Shown here: positions 23,226 through 34,367 of the stretch, in pieces
Position numbering within the stretch: position 1 is the stretch's first letter
Layout of the letters: every line of letters starts with the position of its first letter
Source of the DNA: Eremomyces bilateralis CBS 781.70
Taxonomy: Eukaryota
Strand: one strand, 5' to 3'
Assembly (NCBI GenBank): GCA_010015585.1
Contig: ML975160.1
DNA: 64,000 nucleotides
Notes under the pieces: model-generated
The model's input: only the letters and a program-made list of their open reading frames with translations
Told to the model about the DNA's origin: nothing
Databases searched by the model: none
Position numbers and translations under genes: made by a program

Positions 23226-26200
23226 ATGGCGGAAGTCAATCCGGAGCTCCAGGCTCGACTCCAGGATCTCGATCTTGATTTACAGGTAGGCCGGCAATGC
23301 GCCGATCCTCCCCCCAAGGGATGATCATTCGCAGTGCTAACATTTGTCGCAGGAAGGGGATATCACGCAGAAAGGGTAACGCTCTCCATATCTGTTCCGA
23401 ACTAGGCGCCGCGCTTCCGCCGTTGTACTTGGTGCTATATACTAACGGTATCACTTCATGAAGTTACGAGAAACGTCGATCCCAACTCCTCTCACAATAT
23501 CTTGGCCAAGATCAGGCCGAACAAGTCCAACACGATTGGCGCCTTCAATCAATTAACGAGGACACTCGATCTCCTGATGGGTCTCGCGCGAGCTTCACCT
23601 CGGGGCCCCATCCTCCTTATCTGTCGAATCCTCCGGGTACATATTCCTCGAGTTCATCGACAGTGCAACCACCTAGCCATGTTGGAAGGTTCCAAGAGCG
23701 ACAACTCCACGTACGAAATGCAGGCCCGGAAAGCGCGGGAGACGGGCAGCGTCTGCAGCGACCGCCAAGCTATGGAGGATCCACCAGATTGGATACAATG
23801 GCCACTGGGGACTATGTCTTCAACCCTGAAAACGAGCCCGCAACCCGGGGACCGCCAGAGGATAGCAGGAACAGCACAATGCTCGAGTCCCAACAAGGAT
23901 ACTTTTCCGATTTTGCGGGGCAACAGATGCAAGAGCAGAGGGACGCAGGCAATTATGGTGGCCCACATCGATATTCCCAGAGTGACGTATTCTCACCGAC
24001 CGCATTCTTCCCGCCACCGATGCTAACGGCAAACGATCTGCCTTCTCCTGGCGCGGTTGAATGCCAGCTTCCGCTGGAGCCTCGAGAAATCCCCTTTGAC
24101 GTGTTCGATCCCCACAACGGGAATGTTCCCATGTCCAATTTCGACAACATTGGCGCAGTCCTAAGACATCGGGCCAAGGCCAACGTACGCCAGACAGCAT
24201 ATTGGGTGTTGGACCAGAAAGGGAAAGAGATTGCATCGATCACGTGGGACAAACTGCATAGCCGAGCCGAAAAGGTGGCCCAAGTCATCAAGGACAAGAG
24301 CAATCTGTATCGTGGAGACCGAGTGGCTCTGGTGTATCGAGACCAAGAGGTTATCGAGTTTGCGGTAGCTCTCATGGGTTGCTTTCTTGCAGGGGTTGTT
24401 GCTGTGCCGATGAATAACATCGACGATTATCAGACGCTGTCGCTATTGCTAACCACAACTCAAGCCCATCTTGCTTTGACCACCGACAACAACCTCAAAT
24501 CCTTCCACCGCGACATCAGCGCACAGCGCTTGAAATGGCCTACCGGGGTCGAGTGGTGGAAGACCAATGAGTTTGGAAGTTACAATCCCAAGCGGAAAGA
24601 TCTCGACCAGTCGGGAGCTCCCGACTTAGCATACATCGAGTTTTCCAGAGCCCCAACAGGCGATCTAAGGGGTGTGGTTCTAAGTCACCGGACGATTATG
24701 CACCAGATGGCCCTTGTCCAAGCCATTGTATCCACGGTCCCTTCAGGCAAGAGCAACGACACTTTTCACCCTGGACTGCGTGATAAATCGGGAAACCTTG
24801 TTGTGCAACCGTTCAGCAGGCCAGGTGAGGTGGTTATGTCGTACCTTGATCCCCGAGAAGGCATTGGCCTAATTTTGGGTGTTCTTTTCGGTGTCTATGG
24901 CGGCCACTCCACCGTTTGGTTCGAGTCTGTGACAGTCGACACCCCAGGTCTGTATGCCCACCTGATCACCAAATACCGGACGACAATCATGGTAGCAGAT
25001 TACCCCGGGCTCAAGCGGTCTGCGTACAACTACCAGCAAGATCCCATGGCAACCCGCAACTTCAAGAAAGCATACGAGCCAAACTTCTCCACCGTAAAGA
25101 TCTGTCTCATTGATAGCTTGACCGTCGATTCTGAGTTTCATGATGTTCTGGCCGATCGCTGGCTGAGACCGATGCGCAATCCCCGTGCCAGAGAGCTTGT
25201 CGCGCCTATGCTCTGCCTTCCAGAGCATGGTGGGATGATGATTGCAGTGCGAGATTGGCTCGGTGGAGAGGAACGGATGGGTTGCACCCTCGGGCAAGAG
25301 AAGGATGAGAGCGACTCCGATGACGATAAGAAAGAGGACGATTCTGGAATCCCTCCCAATGGATATACCTCATTGATTGCCGGTGGACCGATAAAACCGA
25401 TAACGAAAGCGAAGCGAGGCACCGAACTCAGTGAAGTCCTGCTCGACAAGGAAGCGTTGAAGACCAACGAAGTTGTGGTATTGGCCACTGGAAGCGAAGC
25501 CCAGAAGCGTGCATCTGAACCAGGTACTTTGAGGGCTGGTGCGTTTGGTTATCCGATCGCCGATGCAACACTCGCCGTCGTAGATCCAGAGAAGAATCTG
25601 TTGTGCGCTCCTTATTCTGTTGGCGAAATCTGGGTGGATTCTCCGAGTTTGAGCGGAGGGTTCTGGGCTTTACCAAGGCATACCGAAACCATCTTCCACG
25701 CGAGGCCGTATCGCTTTGAGGAAGGTAACCCCACTCCAGTCATGGTGGAACCCGAATTCCTCCGTACCGGTCTTTTGGGAACGGTCATCGAAGGGAAGGT
25801 GTACGTCCTAGGTCTATATGAAGACCGCATTCGACAGCGGGTCGAGTGGACCGAAAGCGGTGTCACCGAGCACGAGCACCGATACTTTTTCGTACAACAT
25901 CTTGTGCTTAGCATCATGAGGACAGTCCCACGCGTCTACGATTGTTCTGCATTCGATGCTCATGTGAACGGCGAGTATCTTCCTATTGTCCTTATCGAAA
26001 CGCAAGCTGCATCAACGGCACCTACGACAGCAGGCGGGCCTCCCAGGCAACTCGACATACCGTTCTTAGATACCCTTGCGGAACGAGTCATGGAAGCGCT
26101 CTACCAAGAGCATCATCTTCGTGTGTTTTGTGTCATGACAACCGCTCAAAACACTCTTCCTCGAATCGTCAAAAACGGCCGTCGTGAGATTGGCAACATG

Positions 26201-29152
26201 CTCTGCCGACGGGATTTTGACAATGGCAGTCTTGCCTGCGTTCATGTGAAATTTGGCGTCGAAATGGCCGTTCAGAATCTACCAATCGGTGACGACCCGG
26301 CCGGGGGCATTTGGAGTATGCAGTCGGCGCAATCCCGAGCTGGACTCCTGCTCATGCAGGATAAACAGTATTCTGGCGTGGATTATCGCGAGGTGGTCAT
26401 TGATGATCGAACGTCCACTCCTCTCAACCAGTTCAGTAACATTCATGACCTGATGCAATGGCGCGTGTCCCGCCAGGCAGAAGAGCTTGCATATTGCACG
26501 ATAGATGGCCGGGGCAAGGAGGGGAAGGGAGTCAACTGGCGAAAATTTGATCTGAAGGTGGCTGCAGTGGCCATGTACCTCAGGAACAAGGTCAAGCTCA
26601 AGCCAGGAGACCCCGTTCTGCTCATGTATACACACTCTGAGGAGTTCGTGTATGCCATACACGCTTGCTTTTGCCTGGGCGTTACAGCGATTCCGATGCC
26701 GCCAATTGATCAGAACAGACTCAGTGAAGACGCTCCGGCTCTTCTACATATGATCAGCGATTTCCGGATCAAGGCCCTCCTCGTCAACCACGACGTGGAC
26801 CATGTCTTGAAGCTCAAGCCGGTCTCACAACATTTGAAGCACACGGCCATGATCCTACGAGTCAACATACCTAACATCTACAACACCGGCAAAACCCCAA
26901 AGCAGACTCATGGATGCCGAGTCCTCGAGTTAACGCTGAGACCGCAATGGGTGCAACCGGGTTATCCAGCGCTAGTTTGGGTGTTTTGGACCCCGGACCA
27001 ACGACGAGTGGCGGTTCAGATGGGCCATGACACCATTATGGCACTCTGCAAAGTACAGAAGGAAACGTGTCAAATGACCAGCACCAGACCCGTCCTCGGT
27101 TGTGTTCGGAGCACGATTGGACTTGGTTTCGTCCATACGTGCTTAATGGGCATATTTTTAGGTTGGTCCTGACTAGATTCACACACAGCCGCTTCATGCT
27201 GACTTCAATACAGCTGCCCCTACATACCTTGTTTCGCCTGTGGATTTCGCACTAAATCCTATGATCCTCTTTCAGACGCTCTCTCGCTACAAGATTAAGG
27301 ATACATATGCGACGTCTCAGATGCTTGACCATGCCATGGCCTTTGGAGCAGGCAAAGTCTCTGGACTTCATGAGTTAAAGAATCTGATGATCTCCACTGA
27401 CGCACGCCCACGGGTTGATGTATACCAAAAAGTCAGAGTCCATTTTGCCCAAGCGGGACTGGACCGGACGGCGATCAACACCATTTACTCGCATGTCCTT
27501 AACCCGATGGTCACCTCTCGTAGCTACATGTGCATCGAGCCCATTGAGCTTTGGTTGGACATGGAATCATTGCGGCGAGGTCTTGTTCTTCCTGTCGACC
27601 CCGACTCGGATCCTACAGCCCTCTTGGTCCAAGATTCGGGCATGGTGCCGGTGAGCACTCAGATCAGCATCGTTAACCCGGAGACCAGTCGGCTGTGTAT
27701 GGTCGGCGAATACGGCGAAATTTGGGTTCACTCGGAAGCCAATGCGTTCGGGTTTTACGGAAGCAAAGACGCCTTTGATGCCGAACGATTCAATGCTAGG
27801 ACTCTGGATGGCGACCCGAACGCTCAGTATGTTAGAACTGGCGACCTGGGCTTCTTGCATAACGTGTCACGACCCATTGGACCCGGCGGGAGCCTGGTTG
27901 AAATGCAGATCCTATTTATCCTTGGAAATATTGGCGAGACGTTCGAAGTCAACGGCCTGAATCATTTCCCTATGGACATCGAATACTCTGTGGAACGATG
28001 CCATCGGAACATTGTCCCGGGCGGATGGTGAGTCTCTTTGATATCTGGCTGATGATATTTTGCTAATGCCAGTCTAGTGCGGTTTTTCAAGCGGGAGGTC
28101 TTGTTGTCGTTCTTGTCGAAATCTTCCGCAAGAACTTCCTCGCCGCGTTGGTGCCGGTCATCGTCAATGCGGTCCTCAATCATCATCATTTCGTCGTCGA
28201 CATCGTCGCTTTCGTTGGCAAAGGCGACTTCCCTCGCTCTCGGCTTGGCGAAAAGCAGCGAGGCAAAATCCTCAATTCGTGGGTCCAGCGGAAGATCCGC
28301 AGCATCGCTCAATTCGGTATCCGGGATCCGGATGGATTGGGAATTGACGGACCGGGCTTCGGCAGCACCGATGGCCAAACCACGCTCAATCAAGTCGCCG
28401 AAGAGCAAGATCCTGAGTCAAGAAATTATAGCACCGGGCAGAGCCAGCGCTCATCCACAGCAATCTCGTCGAAAGAGCCGTCCGCACCTCCTAGTCTCAC
28501 TTCAGCGCCGTTGGCGCCGGCTCCCCTATCTGTCTCGCATCGAAGCGGCGATTGGTCGGTGGCTGAGCTGCCTGAGAACGCTTCTCGAACGTCGGACGAC
28601 TTCGATGCCGCAACTTTCCGTGCTGAGTTGCCCGGCGAGGACCTGTTGGGTCCCGACGATCGTACACCAACGGATCTATCATCACGCCCGCAATTTCCGC
28701 GGTTGAGTGTTACCAACCCGTCAGGAACGACTGCTGCCGGGACGTCGGGAATCGCTGGGGTAGACTACAGCCCGGTTGATCGAGCCGGCCCATTCGCATC
28801 GGAGCAAAGCTACCAGGCACCATTCGAAAACTCCGGCAAAGGCCCGAAGGCTCAGTATCCGAGTTATGAGGGTGACGACTATGGCCCTATTGAAAGCTAC
28901 GACTACCGGGATGCTAGGAACGATGATGACGACGATCGATACGCGTCGGCGAGTGTGGGGCCATTGAGAGTCATGAACCGGGAAAGCGAGGACGATCCCA
29001 TTCGTTCTAGCTCGGAGTCTTCGGCTCAAAATGAAGGCCAAACCCCAGCCCCGGGAAAGGAATCGACCAAGGGCCAGGACTTGGATGATGAGTGGAAACG
29101 AGATGCATTGATGCATATGAATTGGAGGGGTGCCAACCCAAATGAGATATGA
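23226..29152 (+). CDS. CPS1: CPS1/DIP2-family protein (DMAP1-binding domain plus two FAAL-like adenylation domains)
   Basis: Exons 23226-23285, 23353-23375, 23464-27161, 27214-28027, 28078-29152. N-terminus LQEGDITQKGYEKRRSQLL; YIEFSRAPTGDLRGVVLSH, GEIWVDS, FLRTGLLG; second module YVRTGDLGFL and PRSRLGEKQR. Confidence 0.92.
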
Positions 29153-29566
29153 CCGAAACCATAGACGATAGCATGGTGTTATCGCGTGTCGGGTACGATT
29201 TCGGATTGTCTCACCAGAAGCCGAAATCCCATCGATGAAGAATGATGTCGCAGTTAGAAAAGCTTCGATCAACGATTGTTATTCCCGCGATGTGAAGCTT
29301 ATACGCGTAGGACATGGTTTTTTGTCTCGAGTCATGTAATAAAGTGCCACGTTTCCCGGGGCCATGATGTGATGTATGTAAATTTTCGTAATGTTCTATT
29401 CCAAAATACATGCGTGTTTAGCGTCTTGTCTATCACCAGGTTTTGGTTTCCTGTCAAGCTGGAGGCAATAATGGAGATATTTTAGAGACCTTTGCCGCCC
29501 TCCAAAGAGACATGCCGATTGCGAGTTGACGCAAAGTGATCGTGAATAAGACGATTGACTGGATGA

Positions 29567-31616
29567 CTATACACCATTGAGCTTTATTTCCACGGCCTCA
29601 GAGACACCGACATGTCCTCGAGCATCGGGACCTGACTGTGGCACATGCCTCTCTGGAGTAAGTTCTGGTGGAGTGATGTCGTTCGTGTCAGAACGCTTAG
29701 GGCGGAAAGGGATAGGAGTGCTTGGACGAGAAGAGAGGAACTAAGTAGAGGTTGGTTATTTATTTCGGTATAAGGGAACCGACTGTAAGCGAGAGAGATG
29801 TGACTGACAGATGATGCCGCAGATAGAAGAGCGATCAAGGACGCCTGGACCACGTCTTCATGAATACCCACCCCCCACACTCTTTGCGAGCTGTTCGAGG
29901 CTGTGCATTCAATATATGTCGCGGCTTTGACACTCTTGCCTTCTCCGATGGCATGCTCCTTGTAGTCAGCGACATCGAGATCGATTCCCAGAGTTCTCAA
30001 CGCATTGGCCAAACTCGAGATGGCGCCGTTTCCGACCCCTCGGATGCGATGCTCGACCCCGTCGATCTCAATAACACCGCCGAACACCCTCCTGGCGTTC
30101 TTGCTGCTCTGGGTCCTAGAGACTTGCGACCCACCGACTGATGGCGGCGCGGGTGATGCAGCTCGTTCGGTTGTGATATCGTAGTCCAACAACTCAAAGC
30201 GAGGGTTTCGTTTCAAATGATATGACTCTTCGAAGAGTTGTACGATTTCGCCGGGAAGAAGCTCGCGTCCGACGGAATCAGCTTCTTTTTGGACAATCTT
30301 GCTAAATGCAACTTGTAGACCCCGAGGCAAATCCAGCTCCAAGTTCCGGAGAAGGATCCAGGCAACGCCGCCTTTACCGCTTTGGCTGTTGACACGAATA
30401 ATGGCTTCGTACGTGCGCCCGATATCCTGCGGGTCGAGCGGAAGGTATGGGATCTGCCAAGGAGAGTCGTCCGTAGCCCCTGAAGCCTTGCGAGCTTGGA
30501 AGCCTTTCTTGATCGCGTCCTGATGGCTGCCGGAAAAGGCACACACAACCAGCTGTCCGCCGTAAGGGGCCCGTGGATGGATCGGAATCTTGTTTGATTT
30601 TTCGACAATGTCAATCACGGAACGAATGTCGCTGAAATCGATTCCAGGATGGATGCCTTGAGTATACAGATTCAAAGCCAAGGTAACGAGGTCCACGTTT
30701 CCGGTTCGCTCACCATTTCCAAACAGGGTCCCTTCCACTCGGTCCGCTCCGGCCATCTGAGCTAGCTCGGCTGCTGCTACAGCACAGCCGCGGTCATTAT
30801 GGGGGTGGAGGGAGACACAGATCTTTTCCCGTTCGGTGATGTGGCGGCAGAAGTACTCGATTTGATCGGCATATACGTTGGGAGTCGACATCTCCACCGT
30901 TGCAGGTAGATTGAAGATGATCGGGTTCTCAACGGATGGCTCCCAGGCAGCTTTGACCGCTTCGCAGATTTCGAGGACAAAGTCTGGATCGCTGTCGGAG
31001 AAGGTCTCAGGGGAGAATTCGAAAGCCCATTCCGTCGCCGACTGGGTCGGGTCATCCTTGGTCAACGATCGTGCGTATTGGGTGCACTCCACCGCCCGCT
31101 TGATGCTCTCTTCGTTGTTCATGTTGAACACCACCTGCTGGAAGCATGGCGACGTGGCCAAGTAAAGATGTATGATAGCCTTCTTGGAGCCAGCGACAGA
31201 GTCTACTGTCGGCTTGATAAGCTCCTTCCTGCATGGAGCCAAGACCTGTAGCCAAACGTCGTCCGGTACGACGCCAGGGGTCTCCACCAATTTCCGGGTA
31301 AAGTCGAAGTCGGTTTTCGAGGCGGATGGGAAGGACACCTCGATTTCCTTGTACCCAAGCTCGACCAACATCTGGAAGTAGCGCCATTTCTGGTCGCCAT
31401 CCTGCAAAGGCAGAGGTTAGCCCTGTACTTGAGTCAGGAATCCAATCCGGTCTGACAAGTTACCATTGGGTCCACCAAGCTCTGGTTGCCATCCCGTAAA
31501 TCGGTTGATAGCCATCGAGGAGGCTGATCGAGCGTCTTAGATGGCCATTGGCGATCCGGGAGGTTCAACTGTTTGAACTTTTTGTATTTGACCGAGGGGT
31601 CCTTAAGCATTCCCAT
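29567..31616 (-). CDS. LEU4: 2-isopropylmalate synthase
   Basis: [63 protein letters not shown]; introns 31402-31463 and 29741-29808; stop TAG 29567-29569. Confidence 0.96.
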
Positions 31617-31736
31617 GGTAGCGGATGGTGGGATGGGATACGACCGGGATTGAGGACAGCAAGGGCACAGTACCAAGCCAATTGGATGAAGTTGGGGGTT
31701 TCAAAGGGAATTCGAGTGGTAAGATGGGCAGGTTTA

Positions 31737-31844
31737 GTATATATACTGTAAAAATTCGAGGAGGACTGGAGAAGTCATCAATTCCACTTCGACGTTGTGA
31801 TATGTAGGGGTGGCAGCAGTTCAGTGGTTCAGTGTGAGGAGTCA
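31737..31844 (-). promoter_or_regulatory. Candidate LEU4 promoter elements: TATA-like TATATATA (about 31738-31746) and a Gcn4/CpcA-type TGACTC (31839-31844)
   Basis: Motif match plus position upstream of an amino-acid biosynthesis gene. The motifs are short and untested. Confidence 0.35.
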
Positions 31845-33101
31845 GAATGTTTTTGAATTGCGGGGCAAACGCTGATCGATGGCTTGACGTCGGCAAACTG
31901 AAAATCATGAAAGGCTCCAAGGCTGAAATAATAATATTCCACCCTCTCGTGGGGAAGAAATTGATGCCCATAATTACAGCCGTACCACACAGAATGACGC
32001 ACCCTTACAATAAAAGCAGATTTAAAGGTCAACTTTTTTTTTTGAGTTAGATCTACCTACCGTAAGAGTCTGAATTAAATTATCCTTTTTGATGGTTATG
32101 ATTTTGCGGGAAGAAAACGTTGTATGGGCCATCAATTTCTTCCCCCATGGAGGCAGGAGGCACTGTCGCCGGACCATCACGTGCATGGATCCGAGCCATG
32201 ACCTGGCATAGGGTCTGGACTTTGACTGACGATTGCAGGTGCAAGCTCCCCCTATGGTAAGATTTTTAAGTTAGAATATTGAGCAACGTTACGTTTCTAG
32301 CATCCTCTCAGCTCTCTACTCGTAATATGGCGAGGATCAACTTACAGATAACCTATTGATTGGGTCAACAGAACCGCATCGTAGGGCCCGCCGTTGGTGG
32401 TTAGCGTGGAGTAGTTCAGAGACGCGATATCTTCCAATGAGACGTTCACTGTACTTGAGCCGCTGGTTGCAGTCATTTGTGCATAATATCTTCTCATCGT
32501 TGAACCAATCATGAGACTCGTGTAGATGCCGGTTCATTAACTGTATTCTGTAGAATCTCGATAGGGGCCACATTCTTCGACGATCCCAAAGAGAACGCTA
32601 GCGTCATGCTCAGCGTTGCGGTCTAACTGCTCCAGCTGCACACGGTCGATGGCGGGCCGGTTCAAAGAGATTGCCATGTCCAATCGTACTCGGCTATTCC
32701 TTTTCCGTCCAGAGGTATCCTTTCCTGTGATAGGAGGACGCATTCAATGGCCAAATTCGCCGAAACATTGAGTAGTACACGAGCTGGGAGTTCGATGGCC
32801 TGGATGCATTTAAGTGTCCTTTGATTGATTCTGTAACGATGAATGTCAACGCACGCTCGGGTATAATGTATTGTGCAACCGTGACTTTGGACTCCCGGCA
32901 GAATTCATCCAAACAGAGCCAGAGCCTCCGGGCCGAACCTCGTGGTGCAGAGCGCAATCCAATGCCAGGGATTGGATCATAACGTGATGCCTCTTGTTCC
33001 GCGAGAGTACTCCAAAGCCATGGCTGGCGCATCAGCAGGAGACGCATCCCATCCCCACATACAACATCCCATGAAAGAAGGATCCTGAATAATCAAGGCC
33101 A

Positions 33102-33599
33102 TCATGCCCCCCCTCGCATTCTCCCTCGAGCCCGGGTCCCTCTATTGATCTGAGAAGAGCCCCCACGACCACCTCTTGTTCCATGGTCTCCTCTATGCGA
33201 CGATCCTCCACGGCCACCACGTTGGGCTTGTTGAGCAGCTTGTTGCTCCTTCACGACATCGATGATTTCGTCCGGTACCCGTAAGTATTTGATCTGAAAC
33301 GCCCTGGGTTAGCGCACCTTCCATAGGACTGCAGGAGAGGCCTTGACTGACGTTGTTTCCCCGCACATACACTTCCGGAAGCCGCCAGAACCGGTCGCCC
33401 TCTGGTGACGTCTGTACTACCTCCTTCAGTGTTAAATTCATCCATGTGTCGCAGGCGACTAGATGTCCGTTGAGGGTCTCGCCGTCTTTCAACTCAACGA
33501 GCATTGGATGGCCCTGTGCCGCATTTAATAGCCCTAAAGGAAGCTTGAAGATGTTAGATCATAGAATGGATTGCATGGAGAAAGAGTGCTCTTTACCAT
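33102..33599 (-). CDS. LSM4: U6 snRNA-associated Sm-like protein LSm4
   Basis: ATG-only first coding exon (33597-33599), intron 33544-33596, then [34 protein letters not shown], second intron, [11 protein letters not shown] and an RGG-rich tail; TGA 33102-33104. Confidence 0.95.
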
Positions 33600-33850
33600 G
33601 GTGTTACCACTGTGGTGTTTTGTCGGAGAGTTGAGGGAACAGTTATGGGTTAGCGACGAATTCAAAGCCTCTTGATATTGATTGAAGGTATCTGAATTAG
33701 GCTTTGAATAACACGTATATGTCGATTTGAAGTAGGGTGCTAAGAGAATCTACTGTATTCGTCAAGGTTCGTGCCAGTAGGTGCTGTCGTTGGTGGTGGT
33801 GACATGCACTCATTACTCTGCTCATGCATGGGTGATCAAGGATATGAATG

Positions 33851-33920
33851 CACGTGATTTTCCAAAGTCAGCCAAGGCTTAAGTAAGTAGAATCCCTCAC
33901 GTGATCATGTTACACGTGAT
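33851..33920. promoter_or_regulatory. Cluster of three CACGTG(A) E-boxes in the LSM4/KAP95 divergent promoter
   Basis: CACGTGA at 33851, TCACGTGA at 33897, CACGTGA at 33913; bHLH (Cbf1-type) consensus. Confidence 0.55.
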
Positions 33921-34367
33921 TACATCACATGCAACTGAGGCAGCCAGGCCATAAGGTATCAAAGGTGGGATGCGACAAAACCAAGCGAGCCAATCAGCGA
34001 CACTGTTGTTGACGACCTGCGTCTTCTTGTTTCTCCCTGAACTACGCTTTCTCTCATCACTTCACTATCCAGGAGCTCACTTTACTGCCTCTCTTCCCTT
34101 CTACCGCTCTCTTACCCCATTTGATCCCAATATTCCTGCCTTCAGGCTCCCCTCGTGCCCCGACCTTAACCTGTCTGCCATTTGGAGTGCAGTTCCTTAT
34201 CAGAGCCTCACCGTCGCGTCACAGGCTTCCACTCCCGCTTTACATCTCCTTGAGCCTATCGAGCACTTGGCCTCCACTCCTTGGTTTTTATTAATCCCCC
34301 CATTCAAGGTTGGAAACCAACCGAATCCTCATTGCCAAGACCAAAAATCCCCCAAACGAAGCCCATC

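Noticed and set aside
23663..29152. NRPS or secondary-metabolite backbone
   Set aside because: No condensation or carrier domains; the DMAP plus tandem FAAL-like layout is CPS1/DIP2.
29584..29808. LEU4 C-terminus as given in the ORF track ([16 protein letters not shown])
   Set aside because: Reads through intron 29741-29808; splicing gives [16 protein letters not shown] ending at 29567.
31617..32330. Leu3/LeuB site (CCG-N4-CGG) or leader uORF for LEU4
   Set aside because: None found by eye.
32337..33047. Short minus-strand ORFs downstream of LSM4
   Set aside because: No recognisable motifs or consistent splice model.
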